The notes under the pieces are model-generated. The model made no database searches, was not told where the DNA came from, and was given only the letters and a program-made list of their open reading frames with translations. Shown in pieces: positions 14,827 to 22,599 of a stretch of DNA of 35,347 nt. Both the position numbers and the translations under genes were made by a program. This DNA comes from a virus: positions 1-35,347 of IMG/VR virus record IMGVR_UViG_3300044729_000291, one strand, 5' to 3'. Within the stretch, counting starts at the first letter, position 1. Each line of letters opens with the position of its first letter.

Positions 14827-15681
14827 TTACGCTGAAATATACACGAAGCTTCCAACCAAATAACCACCTGCAACTTCAAGCGCAGTTGCTGTTACTGTCC
14901 CTGAATTTTGCTTCCAAATGGTAACGGTTGTTGCGCTTGAATCTGTTGTAAAACCAATAGGTGTTATTGCACTTATCCATGCAAAAGCAGATGAAGTCGC
15001 TGTCCCATCAGTAGTAAACGGCAAACCAGAAATGGTGCAGCTATTTGACGTTGTGCCTGCCGCATCAGCACCAATGTAAAAAGACGCCGTTACCAATCTT
15101 CCAACTTTGACGTATTTTCCGGATTGTCCTCTTGGGTATGTAAAAGTTGCGCCAGTTGAAACTAATGCTGGCGTCCAAGTACCTTCTTCATAATCGGCCA
15201 GCAACTCGCTTGTGCCTGTGCCCGGTGTGGCAGAAAAGTCGATGCCTTTTGTATCTGCCATAACAAGGTTGCCAGTGGACAGCGTAACGTTACCCACCAA
15301 GGTCGGGGCCGTTGCCAGCACGTTGTTTCCAGTGCCTGTGTTGGTGACGCTGACAATCTCTTTGCTTGCATTCAGCGCCAAGGCTGTAGATGCAGTTAAG
15401 TTTGACAAGGTGCTTGTGCCTGAGACAGAAAGGTTTACGCCGTTCAGATCAGCACCGCCCTCGACTCGCTGCCAGACCGAGCCGTTGAAGGTTGCAAGGT
15501 CGCCCACGCCCCAATTGCTGATGCCGTCGAGGGCCGTAGTGCCTGCCACGCTGACAACGTAGTAGTCGCCCTTGGTGCCGACACCAGATGCCAATGCTGG
15601 GCTGTTGGTGCTGGCATTCCACGTGCCTTTGTAGTTCAATGCACCGATGGCATTGGTGATGGACGAAACTGTTTTTAGCAT
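14827..15681 (-). CDS. Tail fiber protein
   Basis: The N-terminal motif YKGTWNASTNSPALASGVGTKGDYYVVSVAGTTALDGISNWGVGDLATFNGSVWQRV is widespread in phage tail fibers. The rest is Thr/Ser/Gly-rich. Confidence 0.75.
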   Translation of the reverse strand: MLKTVSSITNAIGALNYKGTWNASTNSPALASGVGTKGDYYVVSVAGTTALDGISNWGVGDLATFNGSVWQRVEGGADLNGVNLSVSGTSTLSNLTASTALALNASKEIVSVTNTGTGNNVLATAPTLVGNVTLSTGNLVMADTKGIDFSATPGTGTSELLADYEEGTWTPALVSTGATFTYPRGQSGKYVKVGRLVTASFYIGADAAGTTSNSCTISGLPFTTDGTATSSAFAWISAITPIGFTTDSSATTVTIWKQNSGTVTATALEVAGGYLVGSFVYISA

Positions 15682-15691
15682 TTTGCTCTCC

Positions 15692-16174
15692 TTAAACCAA
15701 GAATTCGATCACCGAAGTGAGGGGTGGCGCTTGACTGAATGTTACATTGCCGCCAGTCACCGTGTAAGTGTTCTGGTTCTGATAAACGCCATTGATGTAG
15801 ATTGCAAACGGTGTTGACGTAATTGGAAAAATAGTTTGCGTTCCATTGCCGGTTGCGTTGCTGGACACGGAGCCAGATGCCACATTTCCATTGAGCGACG
15901 TATAGACCACGCTGCCCTTGCTGTCGAGAACCTGAATACTGTAGTCGCTGCCAACATAAAATCGCGACGGCGTGCCTTGATAAACCGGGTATCCGTTAAG
16001 CGTGCGGATGGGCTGGGCCGCTAAGATGGTCAGGGCTGAATCCCAATAAGCAGCAATCGGGTTGGTGACTGGGTTAAGGTTGACAGTGCCGACCCAGATA
16101 TAACCATTATCCAGCGGCTGGCCGTCAGCGCCAGCAAAGGCCGGATACGGTGGGTTAATCGAGAGTGATGACAT
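15692..16174 (-). CDS. Tail fiber/tailspike N-terminal anchor (adaptor)-like protein (160 aa)
   Basis: FAGADGQPLDNGYIWVGTVNLNP and the C-terminal ...GNGTQTIFPI...IYINGVYQNQNTYTVTGGNVTFSQAPP both resemble particle-binding N-terminal modules of podovirus tailspikes. No receptor-binding or catalytic part follows. Confidence 0.6.
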   Translation of the reverse strand: MSSLSINPPYPAFAGADGQPLDNGYIWVGTVNLNPVTNPIAAYWDSALTILAAQPIRTLNGYPVYQGTPSRFYVGSDYSIQVLDSKGSVVYTSLNGNVASGSVSSNATGNGTQTIFPITSTPFAIYINGVYQNQNTYTVTGGNVTFSQAPPLTSVIEFLV

Positions 16175-16201
16175 TATTGGTTATCCTGGGTGGATTGTCG
16201 C

Positions 16202-18178
16202 TTAAGGTTGCACTGGTGGCAATGCGTTGAGAGCTTCATTGATTTTGGCTTTTGTTCGGCCTTCTTTACGCATTTTAACAATCTGCTTAATACCCGCATA
16301 GACTGGTAATGGAAGGCCAGTCGCAGCACCAGTGGCACCAGCTTCTGCCATAGCTGCCAAGAGCGTTCCTGCGGTTCCTGAACTGTTTATTAAAGTGCCT
16401 GGCGGAACAGTGGTTACGTATTTAACGACCTCATTTAAGTCACGCATTCTTGCGGCTTCTTGTTTCCCAAAAATCACATCTAAACGACCATTTTTATCAA
16501 ACTGTGAAACGACTTGATTTAATTTTGCTGGCGAGACTAATGGACGCCCTGCACTATCGGAACCAACGCCACTCGTAGACTGGTCTCGGATATGTTGCAC
16601 AGTTGCAGCTTGCAGTTCCTTAAATGCCTGCTGACCGTCTTTCCCGCTAGTGAGTAGAACGCGCTTTAAAAACGTGATTTCTTCTGGCGACCCGCCAAGG
16701 ATAGACCGCTGAAAAACTTGATCTACTGCAACTTGCGGGTCTTGCATTCCTTTACGATTTTTAATTAGCCTTGCGACAATTGCGCGGTTCTCAAACTTCC
16801 GAGCCTGATCGGTGCGAAGCGCACGCGCTTGTTGATACAACGGCCCTGAGACTGGTTCGGTTTGTGCATCAACCAGTTTCTTTAAAATGGTTTCTTGGCG
16901 CAATCCTACGGCGTCATCAAACTTTGCTGTTCCGCTGAGTTCTTTTCTGAATTCTTCTAACTTTCCAACGGTGGCAGGTCTTGCAATTAAATTGCCAGAA
17001 TCATCTATTTCAGCAAGATTCATTTTAGTTAGAAGTTTTCGGGCCGTATCTGGAACTGCCGAGGACGGAACACCCGTAATTTTTCCATTGATGTAACCAA
17101 TTAGAGAATCGGTTATTTCCTGATCTCCACGACCAATAGTCACAACCGTATTTATATCTACGGCAGCTTGTGATTCAGGAGACTTTTTAGCGTTGGTGTA
17201 GGCAATGTTTGTTTTGTTCTTGGCTGCTTGGTATCCGCTGCTCAAAGCGTTGACCACCGAGCCGCCCGTAGCCGATGGGCCTGCAAATGCTGCCTCGGCT
17301 CCAGTGGCGTCAATTGCTGCGTCAAAGTTTTGAAGAATCTGCAAATTGTTTTCCTCTGCGCGATTCCGCAATGGTGCCCCGAATTCTCCCTTCATCTGTT
17401 CTTTTTCAAATGCAAGCTGTCCAGGCTCGCGCTCTGCTGCGCCTTTGGTGAGGGTAACTGGAACGCGTAAGCCTTGAGCCGTTGTGGTGCGTCTCATGGC
17501 CTCTGGGGTTGCTGCCGCACCTACGGATACATTTGCACCCGCTGCCGGTGTAACTGTTGGCGTTTCCATGCCAAAGGTCTCGCGCACTGCTGTGGTTGCT
17601 GCTTGCACTGGCCTGGCAATGGCCTGGCCTGTTGCGGTGGCTGCTTGCTGTGCGGCTGCTGCACCGCGCTGGGCCGTGGCCTTCACAATTGGCGCAGCCT
17701 GCCTCGTGGCCTGCATAATTGCGCCAGGTGCTCCGATCATTGGTATGAATGGGGGAACAACGTTTCTAATCACTTTGCCAACGGCTTGTGCTTGCTCCTG
17801 ACCGGCCTGAGTTCGAGGCTGGTAGGTTAATGCCTGTGCGCCCTTTGCTGCAGCTTGCTCGATTTCACGTAATGCGTCCTTCGTTCCATAGTTGCCTGAC
17901 AATATTTGTTGAGCCAAACCAGCGCCAACGCCTGCAACGCCGCCAATCATGCCGCCCGTGGCCCCTGTTACAAGTGACAATGCGGCTTCGCCAGCACCGA
18001 CAAGCTGCTGGCCGATGCCGGGCTGTTGTGCTGCTGGCGCAATCTGTTGCTGCACGACTGCCGTTGTTTCCTCAGACTTTGCAAGTTGATAAGCCTGCGC
18101 CACGGTGTCGAACTCAGGAGTTCCTCGCTTGGCAGAATTCTGAACAATCCAAGCAGCATATTCGTCTGCAGTTGCCAT
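16202..18178 (-). CDS. Internal virion / DNA-ejection protein (P22 gp16-like by position and size)
   Basis: 658 aa, Ala/Gln/Gly-rich. It is the third of three consecutive genes whose sizes (243, 509, 658 aa) and position parallel P22 gp7, gp20 and gp16. Confidence 0.55.
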   Translation of the reverse strand: MATADEYAAWIVQNSAKRGTPEFDTVAQAYQLAKSEETTAVVQQQIAPAAQQPGIGQQLVGAGEAALSLVTGATGGMIGGVAGVGAGLAQQILSGNYGTKDALREIEQAAAKGAQALTYQPRTQAGQEQAQAVGKVIRNVVPPFIPMIGAPGAIMQATRQAAPIVKATAQRGAAAAQQAATATGQAIARPVQAATTAVRETFGMETPTVTPAAGANVSVGAAATPEAMRRTTTAQGLRVPVTLTKGAAEREPGQLAFEKEQMKGEFGAPLRNRAEENNLQILQNFDAAIDATGAEAAFAGPSATGGSVVNALSSGYQAAKNKTNIAYTNAKKSPESQAAVDINTVVTIGRGDQEITDSLIGYINGKITGVPSSAVPDTARKLLTKMNLAEIDDSGNLIARPATVGKLEEFRKELSGTAKFDDAVGLRQETILKKLVDAQTEPVSGPLYQQARALRTDQARKFENRAIVARLIKNRKGMQDPQVAVDQVFQRSILGGSPEEITFLKRVLLTSGKDGQQAFKELQAATVQHIRDQSTSGVGSDSAGRPLVSPAKLNQVVSQFDKNGRLDVIFGKQEAARMRDLNEVVKYVTTVPPGTLINSSGTAGTLLAAMAEAGATGAATGLPLPVYAGIKQIVKMRKEGRTKAKINEALNALPPVQP

Positions 18179-19708
18179 TTACTGGCCTCCACGGAGTATT
18201 GCGTCAGCCTGTGATCGAATATTGACTGGCGCAGTTGCTGGCGCAGTTGCTGGTGCAGCCGTTGGTGCTTGACCTGTTGGGATTTGAGAGACAAGTTGCT
18301 GGCGTTTTTCTTCTGTAATCTGTTCTTGTGGACGATACTTTTTCGACACATCTCCAATGATGCGTTGTGAAAAGTCGTTAAATGTCTCTCCTGGCTTGGT
18401 TGCATAATCACCAGCAATAAATGTGCTTTTGGCTCGCGTAAGCACTCCGTTGTTTTGGGAGAGCCAGTCTGTTTTTGCATTGTTGATGGATGCGTCAACG
18501 TCTTGCAGTTTTGCCATGCCACGCAAAAAGCTGGACAGGTCTGTTGCCGATGCGTTTTCTCCTGGAAATCCTTTAAGAGCCAGACTGATGTCTTTGTCTG
18601 TGGCTGGGCCTGGTGGCAAGGACTTAATGGCTGCTGTATTCCGAAGGCGTATGTATTCTTGACGCAGTTGCGTCATGCCGCCCTGAAATCCTGCTCCTTT
18701 TTTCAAGAAGTCTGAGGCACTGGAGAATGCACCATAACCGCCGCCAGATTCTTCTAGGCGCTTGGCCAAGTTATTAAACTGTTCCGCAGATTGCTTGGAA
18801 GTCGCTGACAATACTGCTGATTCGTTTATTAGTTTGCGCGTGTCTGCTGGAATGTCGTTCAGATTTTTCTGGATGTCGGACATTTTTGCAGCAACATCGG
18901 CTACCGTCTTTTGAGCATCAAGATTCAAACGTGCAGAACGATCAGTAATTTGGCTACGTAGATTGTTTATATCCCAATTGGTCTTGTTCAGACCTGCGAT
19001 TTCAACTTTCTCTGCATATTGCGCTTTAATTTCGGCACTTTTTGCCTGTGCCTTCTTCAGAGCTGCTTCTGCGGCTGCTGTTTCTGGCGCGTTTGTGGCT
19101 GTGGCCAATGCTGTTTTTGCGTCGTATTCTGCTTTGTCTGCAACAGCAAGTTTTTGGCGCAATTCTGCAGGTGCTTGCGCTGCCGAAGATACAGCCTTAA
19201 CCGTTTTCTCAAACCGGTCAGGATCAAGCGCCGTTAATGCAAAGTTAACGCCAGCCTGTGCGCCTTTAATGTTTCCGCTGTCAAGTGCGGTAAAAATGTC
19301 CTCATAAATCTTGGTCGGTTCGCCTGCGTTCCTTTTTGCTTGAATGATGGTTTGCACGCGCTCTTTTGCTACATCGGGGGCATTGTTTTCAAGGGCCGTG
19401 GAGATTTCAAAGCCTTGCGTAAACTCGTTTTTTAGACGTTCCTCGCCAACGCCTTTCCTCACATCTCCGAATGCTTCTCGAAATTGCGGATACTTGGCGA
19501 TCATGCCAGTCCATGCTTTTTGCGATCCATCGGCCTGCGCTGCTTGTAGGTCAGTGGCAAATTGCTGCTTTGCCTGCTGCGCTTGCTGCTGGGCAATTTG
19601 CTGGTTTTGCATCTGGCGAAAAGTCGCGCCAAGCTGCAAGCCAGATGTAAGGCTTTGGGCTAAATCCACCTGCGGGATTTGAGACATGTAGTTAATTGGT
19701 TGAACCAT
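18179..19708 (-). CDS. Internal virion / DNA-ejection protein (P22 gp20-like by position and size)
   Basis: 509 aa. Gln/Ala-rich N-terminus (QQIAQQQAQQAKQQ). Adjacent to the other ejection-like genes. Confidence 0.55.
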   Translation of the reverse strand: MVQPINYMSQIPQVDLAQSLTSGLQLGATFRQMQNQQIAQQQAQQAKQQFATDLQAAQADGSQKAWTGMIAKYPQFREAFGDVRKGVGEERLKNEFTQGFEISTALENNAPDVAKERVQTIIQAKRNAGEPTKIYEDIFTALDSGNIKGAQAGVNFALTALDPDRFEKTVKAVSSAAQAPAELRQKLAVADKAEYDAKTALATATNAPETAAAEAALKKAQAKSAEIKAQYAEKVEIAGLNKTNWDINNLRSQITDRSARLNLDAQKTVADVAAKMSDIQKNLNDIPADTRKLINESAVLSATSKQSAEQFNNLAKRLEESGGGYGAFSSASDFLKKGAGFQGGMTQLRQEYIRLRNTAAIKSLPPGPATDKDISLALKGFPGENASATDLSSFLRGMAKLQDVDASINNAKTDWLSQNNGVLTRAKSTFIAGDYATKPGETFNDFSQRIIGDVSKKYRPQEQITEEKRQQLVSQIPTGQAPTAAPATAPATAPVNIRSQADAILRGGQ

Positions 19709-19720
19709 GTTTTTACTGCC

Positions 19721-20452
19721 TCAAAATTTAGTGTATCTAAAGCCAGAGCCGCCGCCGCCTACATTCTGGCCAGCGCCGCCGGATAGTGAAAATTCACCTG
19801 GAACTACTCCAGCAGGTGCGCCACCAAATGCGCCAGCGCCATAAGCTGCCGCACCAAGCGAAGCAAGTGTGCCGAATGTTCTGCCCACCACGCCGCCCTC
19901 TGCCAGTTGAGCGCCTGCCGTGGCTGCACCTTGCTGACCAAGCAGGCCGGACACGTTTTGGCCTAGTGCCATCCCTGATGCTGCTTGCCCGGCTGCTGAG
20001 GCTTGACCCAGGCCGGTAAGACCGCCAAGACGCCCGTATTGCTGATTGATAAGGCTGGACAGCAGCGCCGGTCGGAACTGAGCCAGTGCGCCCTGTATGT
20101 TTCCTCCACGCAGGCCACCGGTAGCGGACGCATTTTGCAGCATGGCTTCTTCACCTTGCTTGGCCAGCGCCTGAAATGTCTCGCCACTGCTAATACGTTC
20201 AATGGCTGCACGCTCTGCCTCTGGCCCTTGTAAGCCGATCAGGGCTTGCTGCTGGGCTAGTGCTGGAGCGCCGGCTGCTGTGTATGGGGCCAGTAGTTCG
20301 ACAAGTTTGTCGAACTGCCTTTGCTGCTCGGCAATGCCTGCGGCTGATGCGGCTACCTGTGTGGCGCTTGCTTGCCCGGCTGCATCGGCTGCTTGTGATG
20401 CGCCAGTAATGCCACCGAAAATGTCACCAATTGCGTCACCAATAAAGCTCAT
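19721..20452 (-). CDS. Internal virion / DNA-ejection protein (P22 gp7-like by position and size)
   Basis: 243 aa, very Gly/Ala-rich, starting MSFIGDAIGDIFGGITGASQAADAAGQ. Confidence 0.5.
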   Translation of the reverse strand: MSFIGDAIGDIFGGITGASQAADAAGQASATQVAASAAGIAEQQRQFDKLVELLAPYTAAGAPALAQQQALIGLQGPEAERAAIERISSGETFQALAKQGEEAMLQNASATGGLRGGNIQGALAQFRPALLSSLINQQYGRLGGLTGLGQASAAGQAASGMALGQNVSGLLGQQGAATAGAQLAEGGVVGRTFGTLASLGAAAYGAGAFGGAPAGVVPGEFSLSGGAGQNVGGGGSGFRYTKF

Positions 20453-20904
20453 AATTTACCCCAATCTGTGCGCGTCATGCCGAGGACGTAGACGCCTTTA
20501 ATTTGCCCCGATTGGAGGCACGCATCGCGGCGAAATCCTTCAAACTTCATGCCAAGTTTTAAGCCGTAGTTTTTAGCCGACTCCAAGCCTTCGATGATGT
20601 ATGCGGTAACGCGCAAAATGGGCTGGGCAAAGGCCCACGCCAAAAAAGCGTAGCCAAGGTCGCGGGAGTGCTTGATAGCGGACTTGTGCAAAAGCGAATG
20701 CCACTCAATCTCGGTGCTGGAAAACCGTATTGCCATGAATGCGCCAGCAAAGCGACCGCCTACGGTTGCGGTCAAGTATGTGACGCTGGGATGGTCAATG
20801 GGTGCCGCTGGCCGGTGGTCGTGACCGATCTTGGCGGTAATGTAAGGATCAGAATAGACCTCTAAAAGGTGGCCTTTCGTGATTCCTTCCGTAACGACCG
20901 ACAT
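20449..20904 (-). CDS. GNAT-family N-acetyltransferase-like protein (151 aa)
   Basis: Internal ATG 20904 preceded by AGGAG. ...HKSAIKHSRDLGYAFLAWAFAQPILRVTAYIIEGLESAKNYGLKLGMKFEGFRRDA... fits the C-terminal half of a GNAT fold. The longer track ORF (to 21093) would overlap the upstream gene. Confidence 0.6.
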   Translation of the reverse strand: MSVVTEGITKGHLLEVYSDPYITAKIGHDHRPAAPIDHPSVTYLTATVGGRFAGAFMAIRFSSTEIEWHSLLHKSAIKHSRDLGYAFLAWAFAQPILRVTAYIIEGLESAKNYGLKLGMKFEGFRRDACLQSGQIKGVYVLGMTRTDWGKL

Positions 20905-20986
20905 TGAACACTCCTGTGCAACAGGGTGAGCTACTGGCGGCTCGAACGGCTCAGTGGGGCTTATTTTCGCACATTTTGGCATTTGG

Positions 20987-21385
20987 TCAATCCATCTCGG
21001 ATTCGCGCTCTTCCCAGGCCTGGCAAACCCGCATGTCATTGCAGATAAAGTCCAGCTTTTCGCAATGCCCACGGAACCCTGCGCCCTTGTCATAAGCCGC
21101 CATCGGGATGCGCTCGATCCGCACCTGGGTCATGAAGCTGTTGTCGTAATACTCGCAGTTGGAGCAATGCTTACGCCTTGCGTCCTTTTCGTCGCACTGC
21201 ATCGCCTGCGCCAGCCCAGCGTAAAACTCCTTGTTTGCGCCTGCCTCATTGGTAGGCACTTCGGGGCCGTAGTTCCAGTCCTGCACCGCAATGGCGTAAT
21301 TCTTCTTGTTCTCGGCTGTGCTGATGAATTCTTCCTCCATCGGCAGTCCTGAAAAACCACGCGGAATAACCATAAAGTCTTTCAT
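20987..21385 (-). CDS. Cys-cluster protein with a HiPIP-like motif (132 aa)
   Basis: HCSNCEYY...(30 aa)...GHCEKLDFICNDMRVCQAW. Compare the HiPIP pattern HC.NC.F ... GC.LF ... WC..W. Confidence 0.6.
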   Translation of the reverse strand: MKDFMVIPRGFSGLPMEEEFISTAENKKNYAIAVQDWNYGPEVPTNEAGANKEFYAGLAQAMQCDEKDARRKHCSNCEYYDNSFMTQVRIERIPMAAYDKGAGFRGHCEKLDFICNDMRVCQAWEERESEMD

Positions 21386-21397
21386 GCCGTTCTCCTT

Positions 21398-21733
21398 TTA
21401 GGTAATTTCTCGGCCAGATGCGCGGATGGTCAGTGAGGTGGCTGTGCCGGCAATGGTTGAAATAAAACCACCGGACTCCAGCGCCTGGCCGACCAGTTCG
21501 GGACAGGTGTAGGTCTCGTCGGGAACGATGGTTCTCCCATCAACAATCAAGTTTGCTGCGCCAGCAGCGCCGCCACTCGTCACCAGATTACAACTGAAAG
21601 TTACATTGTTGGCGCTGGTATTAGTCACCGTAAACTTGTCGATAATTGCCTTGACATTTGTTGCGGTGTATTGCGTGGTCTGTGCATTCTCGGCCTGCTT
21701 TGCCGGAATCAGCACTTTAATGGATACGGTCAT
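21398..21733 (-). CDS. Hypothetical small beta-rich virion-module protein (111 aa)
   Basis: ORF in operon orientation with a 4-nt overlap with the upstream gene. Confidence 0.65.
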   Translation of the reverse strand: MTVSIKVLIPAKQAENAQTTQYTATNVKAIIDKFTVTNTSANNVTFSCNLVTSGGAAGAANLIVDGRTIVPDETYTCPELVGQALESGGFISTIAGTATSLTIRASGREIT

Positions 21734-22599
21734 TGAATGCCTCCGATATTATTTGCGACTGTAAGGATTATGCAAGGGATAGCTGGCACTGGGGGTGTTG
21801 CGACAACGGATAGCAACTCAACACTAAGGCTGCTCGTTGAAAACATTATCTCAACGTAATCACCTGCCTTGAGGTCAAAAAAGTAATTTAGCGATGAAAA
21901 AATCTCAGCATTGTTACCCTGAATCCTGATCTGGCTACCGCTTTCAGGAACATCTGTGCCGTTTAGCCTAAACCAAATATAGAACTCGTCCGTTCCGCCT
22001 GTTGTCTTGTCCAGTTGAAACGAGGTGTCAAAATTATATATACCCTCGCTGTCGACAATGATGCGGGAGGTTGGGCTGCCAATAAATACCCCATTGCTCA
22101 AGTCGGTGCTGTTGAATGTGATGGCCTTGGCTGTGTTGATGGTGGTGGCTGTCTGGGTGGTGGTGTCGTAAAACGACCCATATCGGCTGCGCTTAAACTC
22201 CCGTTGCGGTGGGGTCATCTGCAAACCCTCAACAGCTTTGGTCAGCTTGTCCACCAATGCTAATGCCTGATTTGCTTTGTTTTCTGCCATCGCACAATTG
22301 ACTGCTGCCTCTTGTGCAATATAGGCCAACTGACTCAATGTTTGATTAACCTTGGCATTAAGGACTGCGGCATCGACGGCGGTATCCTGCGCCAGCGCAA
22401 TGATCTGGGCCAGTGCGTTGTTGGCATTGGCTGCAGCACTGTCTGCCTGATACTCAAAGTCGGTTCCGATAATTACCTGGAGTTCATCCACGGCAGAAAA
22501 CAGCAATTCAAACTGCCTGATCTGCTGTTGATCGGTTAGAAACGCCGCAAGCTGATCACGCGTCAGATTGAGCCGGCGAGAGAAAGGTGCAGCAGCCAT
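21730..22599 (-). CDS. Tail needle-like protein (gp26-like position): coiled coil plus C-terminal knob
   Basis: It directly follows the gp10-like gene, as gp26 does in P22. Aa 40-125 are Ala/Gln/Leu heptad-like. The C-terminal 150 aa or so (GIYNFDTSFQLDKTTGGTDEFYIWFRLNGTDVPESGS...GDYVEIMF) look like a C1q/TNF-type jelly roll. Confidence 0.5.
   Translation of the reverse strand: MAAAPFSRRLNLTRDQLAAFLTDQQQIRQFELLFSAVDELQVIIGTDFEYQADSAAANANNALAQIIALAQDTAVDAAVLNAKVNQTLSQLAYIAQEAAVNCAMAENKANQALALVDKLTKAVEGLQMTPPQREFKRSRYGSFYDTTTQTATTINTAKAITFNSTDLSNGVFIGSPTSRIIVDSEGIYNFDTSFQLDKTTGGTDEFYIWFRLNGTDVPESGSQIRIQGNNAEIFSSLNYFFDLKAGDYVEIMFSTSSLSVELLSVVATPPVPAIPCIILTVANNIGGIQ

Noticed and set aside
14817-14879. 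The 21-aa extension of the tailspike ORF, and similar upstream extensions of ORFs 727..1134, 512..805, 12438..12833, 24526..24738 and 26688..26888
   Set aside because: In each case an internal ATG with a Shine-Dalgarno sequence removes an overlap with the upstream gene, a promoter or a terminator. The extensions add no recognisable sequence.
17228-18225. Cys-rich + strand ORFs (for example 17474..17830 and 17484..17801) inside the gp16-like gene
   Set aside because: The Cys-rich appearance arises from reading Ala/Gln codons (GCN, CAG) in antisense. They are nested in a continuous 658-aa minus-strand gene.
20905-21093. The 63-aa N-terminal extension of the GNAT ORF (track start at 21093)
   Set aside because: It would overlap the 3' end of the Cys-cluster gene by more than 100 nt, and the GNAT-like similarity begins only after the internal ATG at 20904, which has an AGGAG. 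The extension is probably untranslated.
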